Source: Candidatus Bathyarchaeia archaeon (GTDB lineage Archaea > Thermoproteota > Bathyarchaeia > Bathyarchaeales > Bathyarchaeaceae). From it: a stretch of DNA of 64,000 bases. The notes under the pieces were generated by a model. It was not told where the DNA came from, did not search any database, and was given only the letters and a program-made list of their open reading frames with translations. Shown here piece by piece: positions 16,431 to 26,026 of this stretch. The DNA lies in assembly GCA_035283685.1 (NCBI GenBank), contig DATETJ010000003.1:842-64841 (forward strand), in the 5' to 3' direction. The translations under genes and the position numbers were made by a program. Within the stretch, counting starts at the first letter, position 1. The number at the start of each line of letters is the position of its first letter.

Positions 16431-16905
16431 CTGGTCTATTAGTATGAGCTGGAGAAAAAATTTTTGAGGTTAGGGTTGAGCCTGTTCTGTTTGTGTTTTG
16501 GGCTGGGTTTTGTTTTCAGTTGGTGTCTTGTGCTCTGTTTTTCGTGGTTTAGCGTGTGTTTCTATGTTGGTTAGCGTGGAGTTGCAACATAGTTAGCGTG
16601 AAGTTAGCGATGTTGTTGATGTATAGTCTTTGGTGGGGGTGCGGCTGAAGCTGTGTGGACATCGTCGTCAGAGTGTTCCGGGTGACATCAACAAGGTTTG
16701 AGCGTTGTTTCTATGGGTCTGTTTGGGTTTTTGTATGGTGGTCTTGGCTCTGTTCGATCCTTGTTTTGCGTCAGGTTTAGGTATGGCTTCGTCAACGGTG
16801 GCGTTGTGGAGCTGGTTTCTGTTTCAGATGTTATTAACTTCCTGTTAGAGCAGTTAATAATAATGTATGTGGGCGTTGTGTTTTGGGTTCTGTTATGTGT
16901 TGTCT
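16431..16905 (-). repeat. noncoding dispersed repeat, copy D (right arm, inverted relative to copy C)
   Basis: Identical islands: 16822-16842 is the reverse complement of 6034-6054; 16673-16692 of 6157-6176; 16433-16448 of 6508-6523. The TTAGCGTG motif sits at 16549, 16571, 16593 and 16604 (22/22/11-bp spacing). Confidence 0.85.
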
Positions 16906-17110
16906 AGCTTGGAGTTTCATGTTGGTTAGCGCACTTTTCAACATATCTTAACGCACTTTTCCATGTTGGTTTCCGTGTTGTTTGTGGTGATCTAACGATG
17001 AACCTAACGAGGGTTTTTCCATAGGTGGTGCGGGGGAGGGGTGGGACTTGGGCCACCGATGTTTTCGTTCGAGGATTTCGCAAAGTGGAAGCTTCTCTTT
17101 CGGTTTAGCG

Positions 17111-17122
17111 AAAAGTATATTT
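17111..17122 (+). promoter_or_regulatory. TATA box of the 5S rRNA gene
   Basis: AAAAGTATATTT is centred about 26 nt upstream of the predicted 5S 5' end. Confidence 0.55.
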
Positions 17123-17142
17123 GCTTATTCCAAGCTGCTTAG

Positions 17143-17271
17143 GTGGGGTTGCCGGCCATAGGGCGTGGGACCCACCCGATCCCTTTCCGAACTCGGCAGT
17201 TAAACCGCGCTCCGTTTTCGGTTCTAGTGTGGTCTTCGGCCATGCGAAGCCGAGAAAGCTGGCTGCCCCAC
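17143..17271 (+). rRNA. 5S ribosomal RNA (stand-alone)
   Basis: Terminal helix GTGGGGTTGCCGGC pairs with GCTGGCTGCCCCAC. Internal CCCACCCGATCCCTTTCCGAACTCGGCAGTTAAAC and GCGAAGCCGAG match conserved 5S loop/helix strings. Confidence 0.8.
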
Positions 17272-17415
17272 TCAATCTAGGCTAGGCCTCCGTGGAATCA
17301 CGAAACATTTTAATTGCTCTTCACCGTCTTTTCAGCATCTAACATCAAAAAGACTGAGGGAAAATCCTCAAGATTTATTACAAAGAACGTGCAGTTCAAA
17401 AGGAGTGAAACCTGA

Positions 17416-18543
17416 TTGATATCGCTTCCATCATTAGCCCTCCAATTGGGGCTTCCTCAGGATCTCGCTGGCTGGATTTTTCAATTCGTATTCATGGCCA
17501 TATTCGTAGTCTTCATGTTCTATGGACAGCGCATCCAAATGATGATCATGGTGCGCGAGGTCGAAGGCTCACTTTTCAAACTTAAATTCATGCGAGACGA
17601 AGCTCGAAAAACCGCCATAACCAACATCAAAGAGATAGGCAAACTTGAAGGAGATCCAACCGGGCAGATTGACAGATTCCTCGAATACTTCGCCATCCCG
17701 CCAGTAGACCTTGATCCTTCAGGCGTCATTTGGCGGCTTGAACACATGCTCGACGTCCGAGACGTTCGTTTCAAAGACGACGTGAAACTAATGGCGCCAA
17801 AAGCTGTTGAAACGGAGATCAACAACCTTGAAATGATGCTTGAAGCTGCACTCGCCTTGAACATCATCTACCGAGTAATTCGCCACTTCTATCTGCTGGG
17901 CAAGAAAACACTAAGCCTCTACGTCATAATGCAGCTCCAAATGGTTCTACCACTTATCATGCGCGAAGCAGAAGCCTACGCCGCCGCTCAAAAAGCCTTC
18001 ATGCTCGGACAGCCAATAGGTGACGGTGCAGGCGCCCTAGTCGCCGCCAAGCTCATGCAAGGCTACGAAAAGACCAAAGTGGAAAAAGACATGATACTAG
18101 CTCAAGTGCCGATTGAAGGACGAAACGCCTATGTGCTAAAGGCTGAAGGCCCAGGCGGAAACGTAGGCAAACCAGGCGAAGCAATTAAACAAGTGATCGA
18201 GCAGAACGAGGGCAAGATCAGCCTAGCCATCCTCATCGACGCAGGCTTGAAGCTTGAAGGCGAAAAAACAGGCGAGGTCGCTGAAGGAATCGGCGCGGCT
18301 ATCGGTGGTCCAGAAGTTGACAAATACAAGGTGGAAGAAGCAGCGCTGAAGCACAAGGTGCCAGTGAACGCAATAATAATCAGGGAAGATATAGGTGATG
18401 CGGTTTCCCCTATGAGAAAGGAAATCGTTGACGCTATTGATGGCGCCATTGAACGTGTAAAACGGCTTCTGTTGGAGCGAACGAAACCCGGTGACTCAGT
18501 TATAATTGCTGGAATTGGCAACACAATCGGTATCGGTCAATAA
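17416..18543 (+). CDS. conserved archaeal membrane-anchored protein (DUF1512-like)
   Basis: 375 aa. An N-terminal TM helix (WIFQFVFMAIFVVFMFYG) is followed by a soluble domain. The resemblance to DUF1512 is from memory only. Confidence 0.4.
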   Translation: MISLPSLALQLGLPQDLAGWIFQFVFMAIFVVFMFYGQRIQMMIMVREVEGSLFKLKFMRDEARKTAITNIKEIGKLEGDPTGQIDRFLEYFAIPPVDLDPSGVIWRLEHMLDVRDVRFKDDVKLMAPKAVETEINNLEMMLEAALALNIIYRVIRHFYLLGKKTLSLYVIMQLQMVLPLIMREAEAYAAAQKAFMLGQPIGDGAGALVAAKLMQGYEKTKVEKDMILAQVPIEGRNAYVLKAEGPGGNVGKPGEAIKQVIEQNEGKISLAILIDAGLKLEGEKTGEVAEGIGAAIGGPEVDKYKVEEAALKHKVPVNAIIIREDIGDAVSPMRKEIVDAIDGAIERVKRLLLERTKPGDSVIIAGIGNTIGIGQ

Positions 18544-18556
18544 TGAGGAAGGAATC

Positions 18557-18976
18557 ATGAATCAAGCAGTTTCTCCGACAAGAAGGCTTTCGCCTGCTCT
18601 GATTGCAGTCGTCATGATCGCGCTACTGCTGTCACTGGTGTCAATTTACCTAGGATTAAATGAGTATTTGGTTGGCGATTCGAGCACAGCCAGCTTCTAC
18701 ATGAGCATTGGAATGGTGACATTGGCACTAAGCACTTACATGCTGTACCAGACTCGAAGACGCATGATTAGACTCATCAGCTTGGAAATGCAGCCTCTAT
18801 CCTCCACCGTGCAGTGTCAAAAATGCGGTTTCAAAAACGTGCGCGAGTTTCAGCGAGGCGACTTCGTGTTCAAGGAAACCGAAGAAAAATGCCCCAAAGA
18901 CGAAACGAAGATGAAGATCTCTTCGATTTACCGCGAAGTTAAGGACAAGGAAAAAGCCAAGGAATCAAGCTATTAA
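18557..18976 (+). CDS. membrane protein with C-terminal zinc-ribbon-like motif
   Basis: ATG at 18557 is preceded by GAGGAAGGA. Two TM helices are followed by CQKCGFKN...CPKDETKM. The track start at 18506 overlaps the upstream gene. Confidence 0.5.
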   Translation: MNQAVSPTRRLSPALIAVVMIALLLSLVSIYLGLNEYLVGDSSTASFYMSIGMVTLALSTYMLYQTRRRMIRLISLEMQPLSSTVQCQKCGFKNVREFQRGDFVFKETEEKCPKDETKMKISSIYREVKDKEKAKESSY

Positions 18977-19890
18977 GTCAAAACCTCGCATCCGTTCTTT
19001 GTAACTAGAACAGTGTGCTCTGCTTGAGCCACTGGTTTTCCGCTAACTTCAATGAACACTGGATAGGCCATCAGCGTTTTCGAGGCCAAAAGCTCGGAGA
19101 AAGCCGACTTGTGCTTGTCCAGCGGCACTACGCTCTGGAGCCAACGCTCAGCAAAAGGCAGGGTGCGAAAATTCTCTAGAATAAAGTCGCAGAGCTTCTT
19201 GGCAAATTCACTCTTGAGTTTTTTCTGCTTCACAAAGCGAAATATGTGGGCTTCCTTGCCGGTTTCAACTCTTCCAGCCGCGCTTTTCACGGTGACGAAT
19301 GGTTCAATGGCGTAGACTTCGTTAGATGCGATTCGGCTTGTTGAAATATGAGTGACATTAGGCAATGACCGCCCAGCATGTATCAGATACCGCGCCACTT
19401 GATGCCCAGTCAAGTTGGCAATTGGCTTGAGTCCATGGGATTCTATGTTCCTCTGGATTGCGCTCCCAAACTGCGAAGTAAACAGTCCGGGGCGAATTGT
19501 TTTGACACCCGTGTCTAACGCGTCTTCAGCAGCTGATACAAGATTGTCGAATTCGCGGTTGAAGCACACTGTTACCGCTGTGTCTGCGATGTAGCCGTCC
19601 ACGTGGACGCCTATGTCAACTTTTACCAACGAGCCTAGCGGCACGGTTCGCTTGTCATTTGGGGGAGATGTGTAATGAGCTGCGAGTTCGTTTATGGAAA
19701 CGTTGCATGGGAAAGCTGGTTTTCCACCTTTTTCTCGTATAGAAGCTTCAGTTTTCTCGCATATGCTAATGATGGGCATGCCTTCCCTGACCGCGTGTCT
19801 CATGAGTTCTCGGACTTCTGCGGCGATTTTCCCAGCTTGACGGTATTTCGCTATTACCTCTGCTGAGAGACTCATGACTTCACGACGCAT
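18973..19890 (-). CDS. map: methionine aminopeptidase, type 2 (archaeal)
   Basis: About 300 aa with a pita-bread fold pattern: VKVDIGVHVDGYIADTAVTV, LTGHQVARY, AIEPFVT and a C-terminal AQAEHTVLVT. Confidence 0.85.
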   Translation of the reverse strand: MRREVMSLSAEVIAKYRQAGKIAAEVRELMRHAVREGMPIISICEKTEASIREKGGKPAFPCNVSINELAAHYTSPPNDKRTVPLGSLVKVDIGVHVDGYIADTAVTVCFNREFDNLVSAAEDALDTGVKTIRPGLFTSQFGSAIQRNIESHGLKPIANLTGHQVARYLIHAGRSLPNVTHISTSRIASNEVYAIEPFVTVKSAAGRVETGKEAHIFRFVKQKKLKSEFAKKLCDFILENFRTLPFAERWLQSVVPLDKHKSAFSELLASKTLMAYPVFIEVSGKPVAQAEHTVLVTKNGCEVLT

Positions 19891-19933
19891 GCATCATAAG
19901 CTTAGCTTGAGATAAAAAACTTGCACTTTCGCC

Positions 19934-20515
19934 TCAAGTTTCTGGCTTTTTGGGACGCGGCGGAGAAACAATTTCCGAAGCAACAGTTGCGAAGTCGTCT
20001 CCGCCCATGTGAAAGACAGGTTTGACTTTTTCGACATCGAATGTTTCGGTGAAAATTCCCTTGTTGACGTATGCGGATATGACTTCGCCCACGAATAAGG
20101 TGTGGTCTCCTGTCTTGATTTTTTCAACTACCTTGCATTCCAAGTGTGCCACGCATTCCTTGATTATTGGTGATCGCACCCTCTTGGCTGGGAGGGGCGT
20201 CAGTGGCGCCTCTTTGAATTTGTCACAAGCGCTTCCAGAGATGCGTCCGCAGAACAAGGTTTCTTTCACAATGTCCATGGTGGGCACATTAACCACAAAC
20301 TCTCCCGTCTCCTCGATCATTTTATGCGAGAAACGCCGTGGCGCAATGCTGATGACCACCATGGGCGGCTTGAAAGAGGTAGGCGTGGACCAAGCCAAGG
20401 TTATAATGTTTGCTTTTCCCGCTTTGTTCGAACACGTCACAAGTACCGTGTGCCGCGGATGCAGAAGCCGACATGCATAATCAAAATCAACTTCAACTTT
20501 TCTGGGTTCAGGCAT
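19934..20515 (-). CDS. flavin reductase-like (FMN-binding split-barrel) protein
   Basis: HPRHTVLVTCSNKAGKANIITLAWSTPTSFKPPMVVISI...GEFVVNVP. Confidence 0.7.
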   Translation of the reverse strand: MPEPRKVEVDFDYACRLLHPRHTVLVTCSNKAGKANIITLAWSTPTSFKPPMVVISIAPRRFSHKMIEETGEFVVNVPTMDIVKETLFCGRISGSACDKFKEAPLTPLPAKRVRSPIIKECVAHLECKVVEKIKTGDHTLFVGEVISAYVNKGIFTETFDVEKVKPVFHMGGDDFATVASEIVSPPRPKKPET

Positions 20516-20761
20516 GTTACCTCACCATGAGGAAGCTTTAGGTTTCCTGACTTCAGTATTTAAGATTCGCCGTAAACAAAATTTAAGTACAAGCCATCGT
20601 CATGGATTTGCATGGTGACTGCCCTGGACTGGCGTTAGTTACGGCAGGAATTCGCAACGCTCTGGCAGCAGTCGCCGTCAGCGTTTATTCACTCAACAAG
20701 GATAGTTTTTTCAACTCAACCCTTATATCAACTTCAACCGATTTGGAGGCAGAATGAAAAT

Positions 20762-21877
20762 ATGGCACCTGATCCATTAGCCAAGACCATAATTGATCCT
20801 TTTGGCACAACTGTAATCGAAGATTACGAGCGACTCTACGAAGAATTCGGCATCAAACCGCTCAAGCCATTATTGAACCAAATTCAGGATCCAAGCGCTG
20901 GAATGCGCAGAGGCGTAATCTTTGGACACAGAGATTTCGAACGCATTTTGGACGCGATGAGGAATGGTCAAGAATTTGCGGTTATGAGCGGCATAAAACC
21001 CACGGGCGAATTTCACTTGGGCACATTGCAGACCGCGCGTGAAGTCATATATTTTCAGCAGCACGGCGCCAAGGCTTTCTACTGCATTGCAGACATTGAA
21101 GCCTACGAGGACAACCGCATACCGTTTGAACGCAGCCAAAAATACGCCGTGGGCAATGTAGCCGACCTGCTGGCTCTTGGTTTCGACCCGAAAAAAGGAT
21201 TCATCTACCAGCAGTCTAAGGAGCAACGCGTAAAGGATCTTGCCATAACCTTCGGAAGAGGCGTCACTCTGGCCACTATGAAGGCAATCTACGGCGAACG
21301 CCATATGGGTCTGTATCTCTCCGCGCTTATCCAAGCTGGCGACATCTTGCTGCCCCAGTTGAAGGATTTCGGCGGACCTAAACCCACAGTTGTGCCCGTG
21401 GGCGTTGATCAAGATCCACATTTACGTTTGACTCGAGACCTAGCCTTCAAATTCCGTCGCAGACACAACTTCGTCATGCCATCTTCAACCTATCACAAGT
21501 TGATCAAGGCGTTAGACGGTTCACCCAAGATGAGCAAGCGCAGCCCTATGACGTATTTTACCTTGGAGGAAAGTCTAGAAGTCATATCAAGGAAGATTTC
21601 AATGTCGTTTACAGGTGGACGACCAACTGCCGAGGAACAAAGGCGGCTGGGTGCAAACCCTGACATCTGCCCCATATACGACTTGTACCTGTTTCACTTT
21701 TTTGAACGCGACGAGGATGTTGCCAGACTCTACAATCAAGAGTGCAAAGGTGGCAAGATTCTGTGCGGCGAGAACAAGCAGCGACTCATGAAGTTGATCA
21801 CTGACTTCGTAAAAGAGCACCAACGCAAGAGGCGACAGTACATAGACAAGGCTAGAGAAATCTTGAATGTTGAATAA
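20762..21877 (+). CDS. trpS: tryptophan--tRNA ligase (archaeal type)
   Basis: Class I motifs GIKPTGEFHLGT (HIGH-like) and KMSKRSP (KMSKS), plus VPVGVDQDPHLRLTRD. Confidence 0.85.
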   Translation: MAPDPLAKTIIDPFGTTVIEDYERLYEEFGIKPLKPLLNQIQDPSAGMRRGVIFGHRDFERILDAMRNGQEFAVMSGIKPTGEFHLGTLQTAREVIYFQQHGAKAFYCIADIEAYEDNRIPFERSQKYAVGNVADLLALGFDPKKGFIYQQSKEQRVKDLAITFGRGVTLATMKAIYGERHMGLYLSALIQAGDILLPQLKDFGGPKPTVVPVGVDQDPHLRLTRDLAFKFRRRHNFVMPSSTYHKLIKALDGSPKMSKRSPMTYFTLEESLEVISRKISMSFTGGRPTAEEQRRLGANPDICPIYDLYLFHFFERDEDVARLYNQECKGGKILCGENKQRLMKLITDFVKEHQRKRRQYIDKAREILNVE

Positions 21878-22093
21878 GTATTGCCGAATGGGTAAGAATA
21901 AATAAGCTGGCTACGTTACTGATCTGATGTGACAGTGATGCCCTGCCAATTTCCCGTGTAAATTCTGTTCTGGTTAGCTTGGGGCATCCCTCAGCGGTAG
22001 AAACTTCTATACGATGTCGTCACATCACTATACTGCGTTATCACATTTCAACGTCCACAGTAGACAGATCAAGATTATGGAGCGAAACAAGCG

Positions 22094-23602
22094 ATGGTTG
22101 AGCTTAGAGAAAATGAGCAAAAGACATTGCTGGCTTTACAGAAGCTGAATGGAAAAGCAAGCGTTGATCGCACAATAGAGGTCAGCGGGTTAGCCCACGC
22201 CGCCGTAATGCGAGCCGCGCTAACTCTCAGCGAAAAGAAACTTGTTAAAGTGCATGAACAGAAGCAGAAGGTCGTTGAACTTACAGAAGAAGGAAAACAA
22301 CATGCGCAATATGGACTGCCCGAACGCCGCATAATCAACGCGATAATCGAATCAAACGGAACGGCGCCGATCGGGAATATTGCCCAGAAGGCGCAGCTTG
22401 ACGAGAAACTAGTGCCAATAGCGCTTGGATGGCTGCATCGAAAAGGCTGGGCAACTGTCGAAGGAAAACAAACCCTGAAAACACAGAAGAAGGACATCCC
22501 CCGAGAAGCTGATGAAAAGCTTCTTTCCATGCTAAGAGACAAAACCTCGGTGACAGTTGACGAACTGCATAGGGACATGCAAGACGCTGTCTCCGTCTTG
22601 AAGGGACGGAAGCTGCTGGAAGTTCCTGAAACAACCGTGCGGCAACTCGAACTCACCAACGCTGGGCGGCAACTGGTCAGAAAAGGAGTGGAGCTGATTT
22701 CGGAGGTTAGCCAACTCACGCCTGAACTCATCATTAGCCAAAAGTGGCGAGAAGTCAAACTTAGAAAGTTCGATGTTTCGGCAGCTGGACCCGAACTCTA
22801 TCCAGCCAAGGCTCATCCGCTACAACAGGTAATTCAGAAAGCGCGGGAGATCTTTCTTGAACTGGGTTTCACTGAAATCCGTGGACCGCTTGTGGAGACG
22901 GCATTCTGGAACTTCGACGCCTTGTTCCAGCCGCAAGATCATCCAGCCCGCGAGATGATGGACACATTCTATTTGGCAAACCCCAAAGCAGGCGCGTTAC
23001 CGAAGAAAAGCGTCGTTAACGCAGTCGCTAGAACTCATGAAAACGGTTGGACGACAGGATCGAAAGGCTGGGGCTACAAGTGGAGTCCAGAAGAGGCAAA
23101 GCGACTAGTGATGAGGACGCATACGACAGCTGAGACAATTAAGTATCTCTCGAAGCACAAGAAACCGCCTATCAAAGTCTTCTCAGTAGACAGAGTCTAC
23201 CGTAACGAACAACTGACCTTCAAGAACACGGCTGAATTCCACCAGATCGAGGGCATAGTGGTCGATAAAGGCGTGACCTTACGCGACCTGATGGGCACCT
23301 TGAAAACGTTCTACTCCAGATTCGGCTTGAAGAAAGTCAGGTTCTGGCCTTGTTACTTTCCATACACAGAACCTTCAGCAGAGGCAACGGTTTTCGTTCC
23401 AAAACTGAAGCGCTGGATCGAGCTTTGCGGCATGGGCATGTTCCGCCCTGAAGTGCTGGCGCCAATGGGCATTAAATACCCTGTGTTGGCTTGGGGAGGC
23501 GGCTTGGAACGACTCGCAATGCTTGAGTTAGGCATCGAAGACATACGGCAACTATATGGCAATAATCTCAGTTGGATTAGGAGGACACCGTTATGCCAGT
23601 GA
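22094..23602 (+). CDS. pheS: phenylalanine--tRNA ligase alpha subunit (archaeal/eukaryal type)
   Basis: N-terminal winged-helix repeats followed by a class II core: FQPQDHPAREMMDTFY, RTHTTA and GMGMFRPEVL...AWGGGLERL. Confidence 0.9.
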   Translation: MVELRENEQKTLLALQKLNGKASVDRTIEVSGLAHAAVMRAALTLSEKKLVKVHEQKQKVVELTEEGKQHAQYGLPERRIINAIIESNGTAPIGNIAQKAQLDEKLVPIALGWLHRKGWATVEGKQTLKTQKKDIPREADEKLLSMLRDKTSVTVDELHRDMQDAVSVLKGRKLLEVPETTVRQLELTNAGRQLVRKGVELISEVSQLTPELIISQKWREVKLRKFDVSAAGPELYPAKAHPLQQVIQKAREIFLELGFTEIRGPLVETAFWNFDALFQPQDHPAREMMDTFYLANPKAGALPKKSVVNAVARTHENGWTTGSKGWGYKWSPEEAKRLVMRTHTTAETIKYLSKHKKPPIKVFSVDRVYRNEQLTFKNTAEFHQIEGIVVDKGVTLRDLMGTLKTFYSRFGLKKVRFWPCYFPYTEPSAEATVFVPKLKRWIELCGMGMFRPEVLAPMGIKYPVLAWGGGLERLAMLELGIEDIRQLYGNNLSWIRRTPLCQ

Positions 23603-25248
23603 TTACATTGCAGCGTGAAAGGTTCAGCAAATTCGTTGGACGAGACGTCACAGTTGAAAAAATGACTGAATGGTTACCTTGGGTTGGCTTTGACTTGGAA
23701 GACGTGGGCTCAGAATACGTGAAAGTTGAGTTCAACCCTAACAGGATCGATCTCTGCAGTTACGCTGGAGTTGCCCGAGCCTTCAAAGGCCTGATGGGAT
23801 GGGAAACTGGTCTGCCCAAATACAAGATTCTCGACGGAAAGATCAAGTTGACAGTTTCCAAAGCTGTGGGCAAAGTTCGACCTTACATGTTGGCTGCGGT
23901 TGTTCGCAACATACGACTTGATGAGGAAGCTGTCGTCGATCTTATGGAAATGCAGGAAGACTTGCATTGGGGCATTGGCAGAAATCGTAAAAAAGCCTCA
24001 ATTGGCGTGCACAACTTGGACGTTGTCAACCCACCCTTCAAGTATACAGCTGTCAAACCGGACAAGGCGAAGTTCGTGCCTCTGGATCACAGAGAAGAGA
24101 TGGCTTTGAGAGACATCTTGGAGAAACATGAGAAGGGCATGGCCTATAAGCATCTTGTCGACTGGGCGCCCAAGTATCCCCTGCTTATCGATAAGGAAGG
24201 AAAGGTTCTATCCATGCCGCCGGTAATCAACGGTGAGCTAACACGCGTTACGAACAAGACAACAAATCTGTTCCTAGATGTGACTGGCACGGACTACGCC
24301 GCTGTAGAACGTAGCCTAAACATCCTAGCCACTGCCTTGTCAGACATGGGCGGAACCTTGGAAAAGGTTCACGTAAAGTGTCCAGACCGCACCATTGTTT
24401 CACCTAGCTTAGCTCCTCAACGAATGAAGCTCAGAGTGGATTATGCAAACCAGCTTCTAGGACTTGCATTGTCTGAGGCAGAGGTTATCGAGAGTTTAAG
24501 AAAATGCAGGTTGGATGCTAGAGTCGCAGGCAAAGGGGTCGTGGAAGTCGCTGTCCCAGCGTATCGAATCGACGTGTTGCATGAAGTGGACTTGGTTGAG
24601 GAAGTGGCCATCGGGTATGGTTACTACAGACTGAAGCCAACAATTCCGGAAAGATTGACTATTGGCGAGCAGCATCCGGTCCATCGAACCGCAGGTATTG
24701 TGCGGCAGATCATGATTGGTTTGGGATTCACGGAAGTTATGAATTTCACTTTGACGAATGAAGTGGTTCATTATGAGAAAATGCGCCTAGAAGCCGGCAA
24801 TGTGATTAAACTTGCCAATCCAGTTTCGCTGGAATGCACGATATTGCGCCAGAGCCTACTGCCCAACTTGATGAAAAATCTCATGGATAATAAGCATGAG
24901 AGCTTCCCTCAGCGTCTGTTCGAAGTCTCAGACGTTGGACAGATAAACCAACGTGCAGAAACCAGAGTTGAGAGAAGGCTCCACATTGCTGGAGTTTCAT
25001 CGCATTCAACGGCCAACTTCACGGAAATCAAGTCCACGGTTGAAGCCCTGCTACACAATATGGGAGTGAAGCGCTGGGAAATCAAGCCGACAAACCACCC
25101 CAGCTTCATAGAGGGCAGAACAGCCATCATCCAGCTAAAACGTAGGGCGATGGGCATACTGGGCGAGATACACCCCGCGGTGTTAAACAACTTCGAACTG
25201 GAGAAACCAACAAATGCCTTCGAAATCGACCTTGAAGCACTGTTCTAA
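23593..25248 (+). CDS. pheT: phenylalanine--tRNA ligase beta subunit (archaeal type)
   Basis: 551 aa. It overlaps pheS by 10 nt and has the B3/4 and B5 pattern (YRIDVLHEVDLVEEVAIGYGY). Confidence 0.9.
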   Translation: MPVITLQRERFSKFVGRDVTVEKMTEWLPWVGFDLEDVGSEYVKVEFNPNRIDLCSYAGVARAFKGLMGWETGLPKYKILDGKIKLTVSKAVGKVRPYMLAAVVRNIRLDEEAVVDLMEMQEDLHWGIGRNRKKASIGVHNLDVVNPPFKYTAVKPDKAKFVPLDHREEMALRDILEKHEKGMAYKHLVDWAPKYPLLIDKEGKVLSMPPVINGELTRVTNKTTNLFLDVTGTDYAAVERSLNILATALSDMGGTLEKVHVKCPDRTIVSPSLAPQRMKLRVDYANQLLGLALSEAEVIESLRKCRLDARVAGKGVVEVAVPAYRIDVLHEVDLVEEVAIGYGYYRLKPTIPERLTIGEQHPVHRTAGIVRQIMIGLGFTEVMNFTLTNEVVHYEKMRLEAGNVIKLANPVSLECTILRQSLLPNLMKNLMDNKHESFPQRLFEVSDVGQINQRAETRVERRLHIAGVSSHSTANFTEIKSTVEALLHNMGVKRWEIKPTNHPSFIEGRTAIIQLKRRAMGILGEIHPAVLNNFELEKPTNAFEIDLEALF

Positions 25249-25990
25249 AGAAGGGTCAAACGTAAAACCTGAAGAAGATGCCGTCGGTCAAGCGATGCTA
25301 GCCTTCTATGAGAAGAGAAAAAGCTTCGAGGTCATAGAAAGAGAGGACGGTTACTTTGAAGTAACCAACACAAGAATGTATTTCGAGGATTTTGAACACT
25401 GGGCGGAACATGAAAAGAAAGCAATGAACTGGGTTAGAGGCAGAGTGCTTGACATCGGCTGCGGGGCTGGCAGGCACTCACTGCACCTTCAAAGCAAGGG
25501 TCTAAACGTGGTCGCAATCGACAGGTCGCCCTTGGCTATAAAGGTCAGCCAGCTTAGAGGTGTGAAAAAAGCAAAGGTCATGGCGCTTGAAGATATAGAA
25601 TTCAAGCCCAACGCTTTTGAAACGGTTCTTATGCTGGGAGGCAACTTCGCCCTGTTGGGCAATCCCAAAAAAGCGCTCAGAGTACTCAGGAAGCTTCATC
25701 GGATGACTTCTGACGATGCTGTAATCATTGCTGAAGCCGTCGACCCATATGTCACAGACAATCCTGCACAACTGAAGTATTATGCTTTGAACAAGAGGAG
25801 GGGGAAACTGCCAGGACAATGGAGAATACGTATAAGATTCCACAATTTTGTGACGAAATGGTTTGACCTACTGCACAACTCCAAGAAGGAGATGGAAGAA
25901 ATACTCAGCGACACTGGATGGACGATTAAGTGGTTCATCGATTCAGGCAACCCGTATATTGCTATAATCGAAAAAGTGAAGAAAAAATAG
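25214..25990 (+). CDS. class I SAM-dependent methyltransferase
   Basis: VLDIGCGAGRHSL motif I. The start is uncertain because the track start overlaps pheT by 35 nt. Confidence 0.65.
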   Translation: MPSKSTLKHCSKEGSNVKPEEDAVGQAMLAFYEKRKSFEVIEREDGYFEVTNTRMYFEDFEHWAEHEKKAMNWVRGRVLDIGCGAGRHSLHLQSKGLNVVAIDRSPLAIKVSQLRGVKKAKVMALEDIEFKPNAFETVLMLGGNFALLGNPKKALRVLRKLHRMTSDDAVIIAEAVDPYVTDNPAQLKYYALNKRRGKLPGQWRIRIRFHNFVTKWFDLLHNSKKEMEEILSDTGWTIKWFIDSGNPYIAIIEKVKKK

Positions 25991-26026
25991 CCCAAATCAT
26001 AAGAATCGTCAAAAGAGGCGTTGTCA

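Noticed and set aside
20602-20757. 51-aa ORF (MDLHGDCPGLALVTAGIRNALAAVAV...) just upstream of trpS
   Set aside because: It is below the size cutoff, has no ribosome-binding site or recognisable family, and may simply be the trpS leader region. Not reported as a feature.
22075-22758. 227-aa minus-strand ORF, plus other long alternative-frame ORFs (for example 36836..37381, 37621..37947, 20870..21421)
   Set aside because: They lie antisense or out of frame within strongly supported genes (pheS, the ABC-2 permeases, trpS). Their Ser/Arg/Cys/Pro-rich composition is typical of shadow ORFs.
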